Shown one piece after another: positions 31,151 to 42,324 of a stretch of 64,000 nucleotides of DNA. Position numbers and translations under genes: made by a program. Every line of letters starts with the position of its first letter. Position 1 is the stretch's first letter. Under the pieces are notes generated by a model. That model was not told where the DNA came from, made no database searches, and was given only the letters and a program-made list of their open reading frames with translations. Origin of the DNA: Gammaproteobacteria bacterium (GTDB lineage: Bacteria; Pseudomonadota; Gammaproteobacteria; Ga0077536); the NCBI GenBank assembly GCA_963662545.2, contig CAXXLL010000003.1, positions 2,528,001-2,592,000 of the forward strand, written 5' to 3'.

Positions 31151-32536
31151 GAGTTATTGTCAAAAGTGGTGTTCAGGCGGTTGAATCAAGCGGCGACCTG
31201 ATTGACCCTTGTCACCTCGATACCATCTTCAAATTTAACTCCAGTAATCACCTTGGCCAGGTAGTCGAATCCACGTAGGCGTCGCCAATTCTTCTGCGCA
31301 CACCGCCCCAGCTTGAACATCATATGGAGCATGCCGTCCCGAGAGAGACCGCCCTTGGAGCGCCGGGTCCGGTGCCGGATCGTAGCGAAGGTGGATTCAA
31401 TCGGATTGCTCGTGCGAATGCTTTGCCAATGTGGTGCCGGAAAATCATAGAACGCCAGCAACTCCTCACGGTCTTTCTGTAGGCACAGGGTCGCCTTGGG
31501 ATACTTCGGTTCATAGGTCTTGAGGAACAGCTCGAACGCCTTCTCGGCGTCGGCCTTTGTCGCGGCCTGCCAGATCGCGTGCAGGGCTTGCTTGGCTTTG
31601 GCCTGTGCCGACTTCGGTAGGCAGTTCAGCACGTTCATCGTCTTGTGCATCCAGCAGCGTTGCTGGCGGGTCTCACCGTAGACTTCCTCCAGTGCGGCCC
31701 AGAAGCCCATGGCACCGTCCCCGATCGCCAGCTTGGGAATATTCATCCCGCGTGACTTCAATTTCAGCAACACCTCGCGCCAGCTCTGCGTGGACTCCCG
31801 CACACCATCCTCCATCGCCAAAAAACGCTTCTCGCCTCGCTCATTGACGCCGATCACCACCAACGCACACAGCTTCGTGTGCTCCGCCCGCAGGCCACTG
31901 TAGACACCGTCCGCCCACACCTACACCCAGCGGTCTTGGTCCAATCGCCCCTCGCACCAGTCGCGGTATTCTTGCGCCCACACCTGCTTCAAGCGCGACA
32001 CGGTGCTCGCCGACAGGCCCTTCGCCTGCGGCCCCAACAAAACTTCCAGCGCAGCGCCCATTTCGCCACTGGAAACGCCCTTCAAATACAGCCACGGCAC
32101 GGCCGCCTCCAAGGTTCTTGTCTTGCGCACATACGGCGGCACCAGCGCTGAACGGAAGGTCACCGGCTCGCCGAGCTTCGAACGAACCTTCGGGATCCTC
32201 ACCGTCACCGGCCCCAAGCCCGTCTGCAACTGGCGTTCCGGCAAATAGCCGTTGCGAACCACACCTGCTTTGTCGTCCGCCGTGCGATGTCCTGAATACT
32301 GCGCCATATATTCTGCCAGCTCGATTTCAACCGCTCGTTCAATCAGAGCCCGAGCTCCGTTTCTCAAAACCTCCGTCAACGGCTCTGGTATTCCTTCTCG
32401 ACCTGATAATTCAACAACCTTACTCTCTCTCATGGTGGCGTATCCTCTTTGGTTGGCTTGCTGCTTGGTAACAACATTTCAACCAGATACGCCGCCTTTA
32501 TTCAATTCGCTCAAACACCAGATTCAGTTATAACTC
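31151..32536 (-). mobile_element. IS256-family insertion sequence with a 9-bp target duplication
   Basis: Ends GAGTTATTGTCAAAAGTGGTGTT / AACACCAGATTCAGTTATAACTC. TCGCAACCG on both sides. Confidence 0.92.
31186..32433 (-). pseudogene. IS256 transposase with an in-frame TAG
   Basis: RNGYLPER, RWV*VWADG, IGDGAMGFW, QRCWMHK, RTSNPIES. Confidence 0.88.
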
Positions 32537-35500
32537 TCGCAACCGACCGCCAAGGTCTACGCCGCGCTCGAGCGCAAGCTCGAGGCCCGCATCGTCGAGC
32601 TTGCCGAGGAACGGGCGTACCAGGCGGCGATCAGCGATGTGCTGCGCGTGATCAGTGAATCGCGAACCGACCTGCAGCCGGTATTCGACGTGATTGCCGA
32701 GCGTGCGACTACGCTATGTAGTGCGGATATCGGTGTGCTTGTTCGATTCGACGGCCATGTCATGGAAGTAGGGGCAATTTACGGCCTTTCCATGGGGGAC
32801 GAGCAAGCTGGGCGTGCCCTCTTTCCGATGAAACCGCGGCGGGACATCGTCAGCGGTCGGTCGATCATCGATCGTGTAGCCGTTCACGTCGCAGATCTCG
32901 ACGACGACACTGACTTTACTGCGCTCAACCCGATCAGAAAGGCAGCCCTGCGCAGCGCGCTGGCCGTGCCAATGCTGAAGGAAGGTCAGTGCCTGGGCGC
33001 GCTCGTAGCCATGCGCCACGCGCCAGGACTGTTCCCGGAAAAGCTCATTACCCTGTTTCAAACCTTCGCCGACCAGGCCGTGATCGCGATCGAAAACGTA
33101 CGCCTGTTCAACGAGACCCAGGAGGCAGTGGAGCAGCAGACCGCAATCAGCGACGTGCTGCGCGTGATCTCGGAATCGCCAAGCGACGTGCAGCCGGTGT
33201 TCGACGCGGTAACCCAGCGCGCGATGGCCTTATGCGACGCGCGCATCGGCGTCGCAACGCGCTTCGACGGCCAACGCATGCATCTGGCGTCTTTACACGG
33301 CGTATCGCAGGACACATTCGACGCGACGCAAGTCGCTTTCCCGATGCCTCCCGCCCGTAACTCTCTCAACGGGCGGGCGGTCCTCGAATGCGCCACAGTG
33401 CAGATCCCGGACATGCCCGCCGACCCGGAATACACCATGTTCGCGGCGCAGGAAACGGGCAGCGGTCTTGCCGTGCCGCTGATGCGCGAAGGCCGGGTGG
33501 TCGGCACGCTCATGGTCGCGCGGAAAGAGACGGGTTTTTTCCCGGAGAAGCTTGTCAGCCTGCTCGAGACCTTCGCCGATCAGGCCGTGATCGCGATCGA
33601 GAACGTGCGGCTGTTCAACGAGACCCGCGACGCGCTGGAGCGGCAGACCGCGACCGCCGAGATCCTGCGCGTCATCAGCAGCTCGCCGACCGATGTGCAG
33701 CCGGTGTTCGAAGCGATCGCGGACCGCTCCATGGCGTTGTGTGACGCCCAGTGGGGCATGACCACACGCTTCGACGGCGAGCTGATACATGTAGGAGCGA
33801 TTCGTGGACCCGCTCCTGGGGTTGTCGAGACGGTACGCGCCGCTTTTCCGATGAAGCCCGGGCCAGACTTGATGGTTGCGCAGGCCATCCTCGACCGCGC
33901 GCCGGCGCAGACGGCCGACATGCTCGCGACCCCCGATTACAACGATGCGATTCGAGACGCTCTCCGGCGCGATGCCCAATACCACAGCGCCCTCGCAGTG
34001 CCCATGCTGCGTGAGGGCCAAGTCATCGGCTCAATCGGGGTGGCCCGCACGAAGCCGGGTGTTTTTCCGGACAAGCTCGTCAGCCTGCTCGAGACCTTCG
34101 CCGCCCAGGGCGTGATCGCGATCGAGAACGTGCGGCTGTTCAACGAGACTCAGGAGGCGCTGCAAAGGCAGACGGCAACGGCCGAGATCCTGCGCGTCAT
34201 CAGCAGTTCGCCGACCGATCTGCAACCGGTGTTCGAGACCATCGCGGATCGCGCGATGGCATTGTGTGGCGCCAGCGTGGGTCTCGTAACGCGGGTTGAT
34301 GGTGAGCAGGCACACCTGGTCGTGCTCAAGGGTGTGTCGGAAGAAGCCGCCGTGCCGATACGTGCAGCTTTCCCAATGCCGCTGGATCGAGGAAGTCTCA
34401 GCACGCGCGCCGTCCTCGAACGCGCGCCGGTGCAAATCAAAGATTTCCTCGCGGATCCGGACATCAGCGAGCCAGTGAAGGAAGCTGCCCGGCACGGCGC
34501 GCCGCGCAGTGGACTCGCAGTGCCGATGCTGCTGGAAGGCAAGGTTATCGGCACTATCCTGGTCAGTCGCCTTGATTCGGGCCTGTTTCCCGACGAGCTG
34601 GTCGGTTTACTTGAAACCTTTGCGGCGCAGGCCGTGATCGCGATTGAGAACGCGCGTCTGTTCAACGAGACCGAGGAGGCGCTCGAGCAGCAGACCGCAA
34701 TCAGCGACATTCTCCGCGTGATCGCCGAGTCGCCGACCGACGTGCAGCCGGTGCTCGAAGCGATAGCCGATCATGCTGCGCGCCTGTGCGACGCGGCGTC
34801 GGCATCAATTTTCCTGAGCGGGGATGACAGGCTGCGGCATGTGGCGTCGCGCGCCTCGATTGCCGGACCGTCCATGTTGATGACATGCAGGCCGAGGCCG
34901 AGGAGTTTCCGCTCGGCTTCGAATTTGCGCAACGCCTGGGTTTTCGCACGATCGTGGTCGCGCCGCTGCTCCGCGAGGGTCAGTCGTTCGGCACCATCCA
35001 GCTGCGCCGCCAGGAAGTACGGCCGTTCAGTGCACGCGAACGGGCGCTGCTGCGTACCTTTGGTGACCAGGCGGCGATTGCGCTCGAGAACGTGCGGCTG
35101 TTCAACGAAACCAAGGAAGCGCTCGAACAGCAAACCGCGACTGCGGAAGTGTTGCGCGTGATCAGCAGTTCCGTCGACGACACCGCGCCGGTATTCGAGA
35201 AAATTCTCGACAGTTGCGAGCATTTGTTCGCTACGGAAGAGCTGGGCATTTTTTTCGTCAACGACGGGCAAGTACACGTGGGCGCGTATCGCGGCGAGGC
35301 GCTCGAAGCGGTCACCCGCACGTTCCCGAAGCCGCTCGACGAGACGGCCACCGGAGTGGCAATACGCAAGCGCAATACCGTGAATTATCGAAGCGTACGC
35401 AACGATGTCGACGTTCCTCCTACGTTGATTGCCATAGCAGATCACATAGGAGACTTCTCGATCGCGATTGCGCCGATGCTATGGGAAGACCAGGCGATCG

Positions 35501-36848
35501 GTTCGATTCTGACGGTGCGTATCCCGCCCAACCCGTTCACAGACAAGGAAATCGCCCTGTTAACGACTTTCGCCGACCAGGCCGTGATAGCGATCCAGAA
35601 CGCACGCCTGTTCAACGAAACCAAGGAAGCGCTCGAACAACAGACCGCGACCGCCGAAGTGCTGCGCGTGATCAGTGGTTCCGTAGCGGACACCGAGCCG
35701 GTGTTCGAGAAAATTCTCGACAGTTGTGAGCGACTGTTCGATACAGAGCAACTTGGGATCTTGCTCGTGCGTGACGAACAAATACACGTAGGTGCACTGC
35801 GTGGCCCGGACGTAGCGCCCGTGAGTAAGCTGTTCCCGGTGCCTTTCGATGGATCGGCCTTGGCACTGGCGATACGCATGCTCCATATCGTGCACTATCC
35901 CGACGTCAGTGCCGTCGTCGACCTGCCGTCCGGCTTGCGCAACCTTTATGATCAAATCGGAAACTTTTCGTTTATGTTGGCGCCCATGCTGTGGGAAGGC
36001 CGGGGCGTCGGGTCAATTAATCTTATTCGTCAGCCGCCCAAACCATTCTCGGAGAAGGAAATCGAGCTATTGACAACCTTCGCCGATCAGGCCGTGATAG
36101 CTATTGAGAACGCGCGCCTGTTCCACGAGATCGAGAACAAGAGCCACCAGCTCGAGATCGCGAATCAGCACAAGTCGGAATTTCTCGCCAACATGTCGCA
36201 CGAACTGCGCACGCCTCTGAACGCGATCATCGGCTTCTCGGAAGTGCTGATCGAACGCATGTTCGGCGAGCTGAACGAAAAGCAGGACGATTACCTGAAG
36301 GACATCTACACCTCCGGTAAGCATTTGCTGGCGCTGATCAATGACATTCTCGATCTGTCCAAGATCGAAGCCGGGCGCATGGAACTCGAGCTCGAGACCT
36401 TCGACGTCGAAGAGGCGCTCGCGAACACCTTGATCCTGATCCGTGAGCGCGCGCAGCGACATGGAATTAGCTTGAAACTCAATAACGCTCCAGACCTTGG
36501 CGAAATCCGTGCCGACCAGCGCAAATTGAAACAGATCATGTTGAACCTGCTCTCCAACGCGGTGAAGTTCACCCCTGACGGCGGGCGCATCGAGGTGGGT
36601 GCGGCGTTCACGGGCGACGTACTCGAGATCTCGGTCGGCGACACCGGCATCGGGATTGCCGAGTCCGATCAGGAAACGATATTCCAGGAGTTCCGTCAGG
36701 TCGGCGGCGACTACACCAACAAACAGGAAGGCACCGGTCTCGGTCTCGCGTTGACCAAGCGCTTTATCGAGTTGCACGGTGGCACGCTTGGGGTCGTCAG
36801 CAAACCCGGGAGCGGCTCGACCTTCACGTTCACCTTGCCGAGGCAGTC

Positions 36849-37223
36849 ATGAGCCGGATTCTGATCGTCGAAGACAACGCCATGAACATGAAGCTCGCGC
36901 GCGACATTCTCGAGGCCAAGGGCTACGGCACGCTGACGGCGACCACCGGTGAAGACGGTGTACGCCTGGCCGTGGAGCAGCTGCCGGATCTGGTGTTGCT
37001 GGATATCCAGTTGCCGGGCATCGATGGCATCGAAGCCTTCAAGCAACTGCGCGCGGACGCGCGCACCGCGGCGATCCCGGTAGTCGCGTTCACGGCCTCG
37101 GTGACGTCTAGCGATCGCAGTCGTGTCGCGGAGGCGGGATTCGATGCGTTCGTGAGCAAGCCGATTGATCTCAAGACCTTCGTCATTGCAATTCAAGACT
37201 TAATCGAACCTGGCGGGCCATGA
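36849..37223 (+). CDS. Single-domain response regulator (DivK-like)
   Basis: ILIVEDN, LLDIQLPG, SKP. Confidence 0.9.
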   Translation: MSRILIVEDNAMNMKLARDILEAKGYGTLTATTGEDGVRLAVEQLPDLVLLDIQLPGIDGIEAFKQLRADARTAAIPVVAFTASVTSSDRSRVAEAGFDAFVSKPIDLKTFVIAIQDLIEPGGP

Positions 37224-38344
37224 GCGCCGCACCACCCGCAAAAATCCTGGTCGTCGACGACACGCCGGCCAACGTCAAGCTGCTGGTCGATGTGTTGACC
37301 GTGACCGGCTACGCCGCCACGGCTGCGACCAACGGCGAGGAGGCCTTGGCGCAGATCGCGAGCGAGCCGCCGGATCTCGTGCTGCTCGATATCATGATGC
37401 CGGGTCTGTCCGGCTACGAAGTATGCGAGCGTCTGCGTGCCGACCCGGACACGGCCCTGCTGCCGGTGGTGTTGTGCACGTCACTCGATCCGCAGCAGGA
37501 GCGCATCAAAGGCATCGAGGCGGGCGCTGATGACTTCGTCTCCAAGCCGATCAACCGGCCGGAATTACTGGCACGCGTAAAATCACTCTTGCGCATTAAG
37601 ACGTTGCAGGATGAAGTCAAATCGCAGGCGGCCGAGCTCGCACAATGGAACCAAACCCTCGAGGAGCGCGTGCAGGAGCAGGTGGACCAGTTGGAGCGGC
37701 TCTCGCGTCTGAAAGGGTTTTTCTCGCCGCAGCTCGCCGAGGCCATCGTTGCCGGCGGCGAGGATCTGCTCAAAACGCACCGGCGCGAGGTCAGCGTGGT
37801 GTTTCTCGACCTGCGCGGTTTCACCGCCTTCACGGACCGTGCCGAGCCCGAAGAGGTGATGGAGTTGCTGCATACCTACCACGCGCAAATGGGCGCCATC
37901 GTGCTTGCGCACGGCGGCACGCTGGAGCGCTTTGCGGGCGATTCGATCATGGTGTTCTTCAACGATCCGGTGCCGGTCGATCAACCGGCCGAGCGCGCCG
38001 TACTGATGGCACTCGAAATGCAGCAGGCGTTTCCGTCGCTCGGCGATCCATGGCGCAGGCGCGGCTTCGATCTGGGTTTGGGTTGCGGTATCGCGCAAGG
38101 CTATGCCACGCTCGGCGTGATAGGTTTCGAGGGACGGCGCGACTATGCGGCTATCGGCAACGTGACGAATCTCGCGGCGCGGCTGTGTGCCGAGGCCGAG
38201 GCCAGTCAGGTGCTGGTGGATCGAAAGATCATGGCGGAAATCGAGCCAATGGTCGCGGCCACCGCAGTAGGTCCATTGACACTGAAAGGTTTCGGCCAAC
38301 CGGTGCCAGCGTTCGAAGTCGAACGCTGGCTGCCCCCGGATTGA
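37220..38344 (+). CDS. Receiver plus adenylate/guanylate cyclase
   Basis: VVDD, DIMMP, FLDLRGFT, GDSIM, GNVTNLAARL. Confidence 0.92.
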   Translation: MSAAPPAKILVVDDTPANVKLLVDVLTVTGYAATAATNGEEALAQIASEPPDLVLLDIMMPGLSGYEVCERLRADPDTALLPVVLCTSLDPQQERIKGIEAGADDFVSKPINRPELLARVKSLLRIKTLQDEVKSQAAELAQWNQTLEERVQEQVDQLERLSRLKGFFSPQLAEAIVAGGEDLLKTHRREVSVVFLDLRGFTAFTDRAEPEEVMELLHTYHAQMGAIVLAHGGTLERFAGDSIMVFFNDPVPVDQPAERAVLMALEMQQAFPSLGDPWRRRGFDLGLGCGIAQGYATLGVIGFEGRRDYAAIGNVTNLAARLCAEAEASQVLVDRKIMAEIEPMVAATAVGPLTLKGFGQPVPAFEVERWLPPD

Positions 38345-38359
38345 CGCATTGGCCGTGGC

Positions 38360-38640
38360 TCACGCGCTCAATTGCTCCCGTATGCCCATCGCGGAAATGA
38401 AGTCGTGGTTGTGGCCGACGTTGTGTTTGCGGCATTCGATGATCTTACCGCCGGAGAAGCGGTAATAACCGAGGACATTGAATTTCAGTGTTTTGCCCGC
38501 CGGTGCCACGCCGCAGAACTTACCTTTCTGTTCGCCGCTGAATGACAACCAAACGAAAACTAGATCGTCTTCGGCGATCATTTCTTCGATTTTGAACGTA
38601 AAACCGCCGGCCGGAAACGCCTTGTGAAAAGATTCGATAA
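38360..38640 (-). pseudogene. SnoaL-like ester cyclase fragment
   Basis: FKIEEMIAEDDLVFV...GKFCGVAPAGK. 5' end replaced by an IS-like terminus. Confidence 0.6.
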
Positions 38641-38646
38641 TGAAAA

Positions 38647-38737
38647 TAGTTTTCACACAGCCTCGCTCGATAGCCGCCTCGTCGCAGCAGTGCAACACTG
38701 CTAAACGTTACGTCTGCGACTCCCTTAGAAGCGGACG
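38647..38737 (+). repeat. IS1182-like end plus composite boundary repeat, copy 11 (right edge of the island)
   Basis: AGTTTTCACACAGCC, then GCTCGATAGCCGCC..GCAGTGCAACA..GTCTGCGACTCCCTTAGAAGCGGAC. Confidence 0.65.
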
Positions 38738-38865
38738 TTCTATTGCTTTAAGCTTGTTACCCCAGGCGCACTATGGCCATTGGCCTTTAGCGAACATCCT
38801 AGTGGCCTTTAGCGAACATCCTAGTCAGCATCGCAAAAGATCCTGCGCTAAGGCGGTCCTTCGAC

Positions 38866-39837
38866 TCAGGCCAGAACCTCGCGGACTCGCGCCATCAGCG
38901 CGCCGCGCTCCGCCCTCGCCGCGAGCGCCGCATCCATGTCCACCTCTACGAAGCGCGTCGGCAGGTTCGGCTGCATCTGGCCGATGAGATCCATGTCGGC
39001 CGAGATCACCGCGCCGATCTGAAAGTAGCCGCCGGCCGAGACCGCGTCGCGGTGGAGCACGATCGGCTCCGAGCCGCCCGGGATCTGAATTGATCCGTAA
39101 GCATAGCTGCTGTCCACGATGTTCGAGGGATCGGCGCCCGCGCCGAACGGTTGCTCGCGCTCGACGTACTCCATAGCTCGGCCGCCGCGGAAACGGTACC
39201 CCATGCGGTCGGCCTCGGGCGCGACCGTCCATTCGTCCTCGAAAAAGTGCCGGCCCGCCGCTTCGGTAATGCGATGCCAATAGAGCCCCGGTAGCGCGCC
39301 CGGCTCGGCCGGGTTGCCCGGCATGCGCCGCAATGATTCCGGCACCTTGCGACCGGCTTTGCCTGCACCGGCCATCCCGAAAGGCAGGCGATCGTCCGCC
39401 TGGATGGCGCGGCCCTCGAAACCGCCCATCGCGCCAACGAGATAGGTCGAGCGGCTGCCGAGCACGATCGGGACGTCGATGCCGCCCGCGACCGCGATGT
39501 AGATGCGTGCCCCCGCTTTGAGATAACCGAAGCTCAAGACCTGCCCCGCGCGGACTTCGAGCGTGGTCCAAGCCGGCTGTTCTTCGCCGTCCAATAGGAT
39601 GGGCATGTCGGCGCCCGTGATCGCGATCCGGGTATGGCGCTCGATCTCGAGCTCGGGCCCGAGGAACACGGCTTCGAGGCCCGCGGCGCTCTCCTCGTTG
39701 CCAACCAACAGGTTCGCCGCGCGAAAAGCGAGGCGATCCATCGCGCCGCCGATGGGGATGCCAAGATGAAAATGGCCGGGGCGGCCGAGGTCTTGCACGG
39801 TCGTTGCGAGCCCGGGCTTCAATACCTTAACCGTCAT
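38866..39837 (-). CDS. Biotin-dependent carboxyltransferase / PxpC-like subunit
   Basis: MTVKVLKPGLATTVQDLGR, GAMD, DRMGYR. Confidence 0.88.
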   Translation of the reverse strand: MTVKVLKPGLATTVQDLGRPGHFHLGIPIGGAMDRLAFRAANLLVGNEESAAGLEAVFLGPELEIERHTRIAITGADMPILLDGEEQPAWTTLEVRAGQVLSFGYLKAGARIYIAVAGGIDVPIVLGSRSTYLVGAMGGFEGRAIQADDRLPFGMAGAGKAGRKVPESLRRMPGNPAEPGALPGLYWHRITEAAGRHFFEDEWTVAPEADRMGYRFRGGRAMEYVEREQPFGAGADPSNIVDSSYAYGSIQIPGGSEPIVLHRDAVSAGGYFQIGAVISADMDLIGQMQPNLPTRFVEVDMDAALAARAERGALMARVREVLA

Positions 39838-40702
39838 TGAGCACACCACTGAGCTTCGCGTTGTAGCCCTCGATATCGGCTTCGAATTCACGCAGGTCGA
39901 AGTGAACCTCGTGGATTCTCGGCGAAAAGGCGTTGCGCTCAACCGCCGCGAGATCTTCGTCGTATTCTTCGCTCGAGATCGGTTTGAACTTCACGATGTC
40001 ACCCGGCCGGCAGAACACCATCGAATCACGCAAGTAGCTCTCTGATTGGGAAGGGTCGAAGATCGGCATGGGCGTGATCCCGAACATCTGATAGCCGCCC
40101 GCGCCGCGTACCGCGTAGATGCAGGCGAAGCAGCCACCGTGGCCGATCGTGTGACGTGGCGTGTCGGTGCGCGGGCGTAAGTACTTCGGTACTTCGAGCT
40201 GGCGGGCGCGATCGACCAACTGGTAAAGCCAGGGACAGCCGCAGACGAAACCGACCTGTGACACGAACCACGGCGAACCGTGATGGGCCGCGATGAAAGC
40301 CTCGACCGATCCAAGGCCGTTGATGCGCGCCGCGTATTCGAGATCCGTCGCGCTCGGGTCCTGATGCCGTTCGCGAAAATGCATCATCGTCTCGTGGGTC
40401 CACGGGTCATCGTAGTACACCGGGATCTCGACGATGCGGGTATCGAGCACGGGCTCGCTCTGATCGGCCGCGCCATCGAGCGCCTGAATCTCGCGCATGA
40501 GGTCGTCCGGATGGATCTGGTCCGGATCGAACCTAACCTGATAAGACGCATTGCCCCCGTAGATCTCGGTCACGCCCCGGATAGCGCTTTCGCGGATCCC
40601 GCGCATCGCGGCCAGGCTCTTGAAGAACGCCTCGAACGACATTTCCTCGGCGCATTCGCAGTGCAGATGCTCGTCGCCGCCGAAGCTGAACCGGGTCTCC
40701 AT
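39827..40702 (-). CDS. PxpB-like / allophanate hydrolase subunit 1 family
   Basis: VEIPVYY, PRTDTP, GAGGYQMFG. Confidence 0.85.
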   Translation of the reverse strand: METRFSFGGDEHLHCECAEEMSFEAFFKSLAAMRGIRESAIRGVTEIYGGNASYQVRFDPDQIHPDDLMREIQALDGAADQSEPVLDTRIVEIPVYYDDPWTHETMMHFRERHQDPSATDLEYAARINGLGSVEAFIAAHHGSPWFVSQVGFVCGCPWLYQLVDRARQLEVPKYLRPRTDTPRHTIGHGGCFACIYAVRGAGGYQMFGITPMPIFDPSQSESYLRDSMVFCRPGDIVKFKPISSEEYDEDLAAVERNAFSPRIHEVHFDLREFEADIEGYNAKLSGVLNDG

Positions 40703-40720
40703 TACGCTATCTAGTCAATA

Positions 40721-42085
40721 TCACACGTTAGTTTCAAAACGCCGCTCGAGCCAGGTTTCTAGAAACCGAGTGTTTACGCGACCCGCGGCGACGTCTAAAT
40801 CGTCCACGAGCAGCGCATGCAGGGGCACCGTGGTAGGAATGCCGGTGATCTCAAGCCCCGCGAGCGCGTCTTTTAGCGCCACGAGGCAGCTTTCGCGATC
40901 GGCGCTACGCACGATCAACTTGCCGAGCAGCGAATCGTAGAAAGGTGGTACGACATAGCCTTCGTAAAGCATCGTGTCGAAGCGGATACCCTCGCCTTCA
41001 GGGATCTTCAGGGATTCGATCGTGCCCGGACCGGGCATGAAATTCTTGGCCGGATCCTCGGCGTTGATGCGGCATTCGATCGCATGGCCATCAACGGTAA
41101 CGTCATCCTGCGTGATCGCGAGCGGCTCCCCGCCGGCGATCCGGATCATCGCCTGCACGAGATCGATGCCGGTGATCATCTCGGTCACCGGGTGTTCGAC
41201 TTGGATGCGGGTGTTGACCTCGATGAAATAGAACGACTGCGAGGCGCCATCATAGAGGAATTCAACCGTTCCGGCGCCACGGTAGCCGACCAGTTTCGCG
41301 AGTGCCACCGCGCTCGCGCACATCGCCTCACGCACCGCGGGCGCGAGGTCGAAAGCCGGCGCTTCCTCCCAGATTTTCTGACGCCGACGCTGCAGCGAGC
41401 ATTCGCGCTCGAAGCAATGGATGAAGCGCTGACCGTCACCGAGTACCTGCACTTCGATGTGCCGAGCCGGGTCGATCAACTTTTCGATGTAGAGTCCCCC
41501 GTCGCCAAATGCGGCGGCCGCCTCTGCAGATGCCTGCGGAAAAAAGCGCTCGAATTCATCGAAGTCCGCGGCCACGCGGATGCCGCGTCCGCCACCGCCC
41601 GCGACCGCCTTGATCATCACCGGAAAGCCGATGTCCTCGACGATACCGCGCGCCTCATCGATTTCCCCGACGCGCCCGTCGCTGCCCGGCACGGTCGGTA
41701 CGCCTGCTTTTGCCGCCGCCTGCCGCGCGGAGACTTTGTCACCCAGCAGCCGGATCGAATCACCGTCCGGGCCGACGAAGATCATCCCCGCCGCCGCAAC
41801 AGCGTCCGCGAAATCTGCGTTCTCGGCGAGAAAGCCATAGCCCGGGTGCACCGCGTCGACGCCGGTCGCGCGCGCGGCGCCGATCAAAGCCTCGATGTTC
41901 AGGTAGGACTTCGCTGCCGGCGGCGGACCGATCTCGACTGCTTCGTCGGCGAGCCGTACCGCGAGCGAGTCGGCGTCGGCCACGCTGTGTGCTTGCACCG
42001 ACCTGATGCCGAGCGCCCGGCAGGCATGGATCACGCGCACCGCAATCTCGCCGCGGTTTGCGATCAGGAGCGAACTGATGGTCAC
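40721..42085 (-). CDS. Biotin carboxylase
   Basis: IANRGEIA, HPGYGFLAEN, GGGGRG, EVNTRIQVEHPVTE. Confidence 0.95.
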   Translation of the reverse strand: MTISSLLIANRGEIAVRVIHACRALGIRSVQAHSVADADSLAVRLADEAVEIGPPPAAKSYLNIEALIGAARATGVDAVHPGYGFLAENADFADAVAAAGMIFVGPDGDSIRLLGDKVSARQAAAKAGVPTVPGSDGRVGEIDEARGIVEDIGFPVMIKAVAGGGGRGIRVAADFDEFERFFPQASAEAAAAFGDGGLYIEKLIDPARHIEVQVLGDGQRFIHCFERECSLQRRRQKIWEEAPAFDLAPAVREAMCASAVALAKLVGYRGAGTVEFLYDGASQSFYFIEVNTRIQVEHPVTEMITGIDLVQAMIRIAGGEPLAITQDDVTVDGHAIECRINAEDPAKNFMPGPGTIESLKIPEGEGIRFDTMLYEGYVVPPFYDSLLGKLIVRSADRESCLVALKDALAGLEITGIPTTVPLHALLVDDLDVAAGRVNTRFLETWLERRFETNV

Positions 42086-42324
42086 GTGTCGATCTCGGCG
42101 ATCGCCTGGCCGGCCATGATCGCCTCGCCATCCTCCACCAGAAAGGTGATCGCCCTGCCCTCTGCATCGGCCGTGACTTCCTGAAAATTCTTCATTACCT
42201 CGACGAGACCGATGACATCTGAAGCGCTCACCGGATCGCCATCTTGCTTGAACGGTGGGCTTTCAGGAGATGCCTTGCGGTAGAAGGTGCCCGGCAGGGG
42301 CGAAATTATCTGTGCTTTACTCAT
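42082..42324 (-). CDS. Biotin carboxyl carrier protein
   Basis: MSKAQIISPLPGTFY, EVMK biotinylation motif, GGAG RBS. Confidence 0.9.
   Translation of the reverse strand: MSKAQIISPLPGTFYRKASPESPPFKQDGDPVSASDVIGLVEVMKNFQEVTADAEGRAITFLVEDGEAIMAGQAIAEIDT

Larger units (their letters stand above)
31130..36852 (+). pseudogene. Seven-GAF sensor histidine kinase, interrupted by IS256 after codon 7 and frameshifted near 34860
   Basis: ATG 31130 (GGAGG RBS) is in frame with 32537 onward. Repeated FADQAVIAIENVRLFNE. HELRTPL, NLLSNAVKF, GTGLGL. Confidence 0.85.

Noticed and set aside
31921-31923. In-frame TAG in the IS256 transposase as pyrrolysine or readthrough
   Set aside because: It falls where Tyr is expected (RWVYVWADG), so a simple nonsense mutation explains it.
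32639-36130. Recurring DNA repeats (GCCGTGATCGCGATCGAGAACG) as a DGR or repeat array
   Set aside because: They are the coding linkers of tandem GAF domains. There is no RT and no adenine-specific variation.
41084-42184. Long antisense ORFs (here and at 50308-51282, 53509-54807 and the 5' part of 58333-59439)
   Set aside because: They overlap well-supported genes on the opposite strand or in another frame, as expected in GC-rich DNA.
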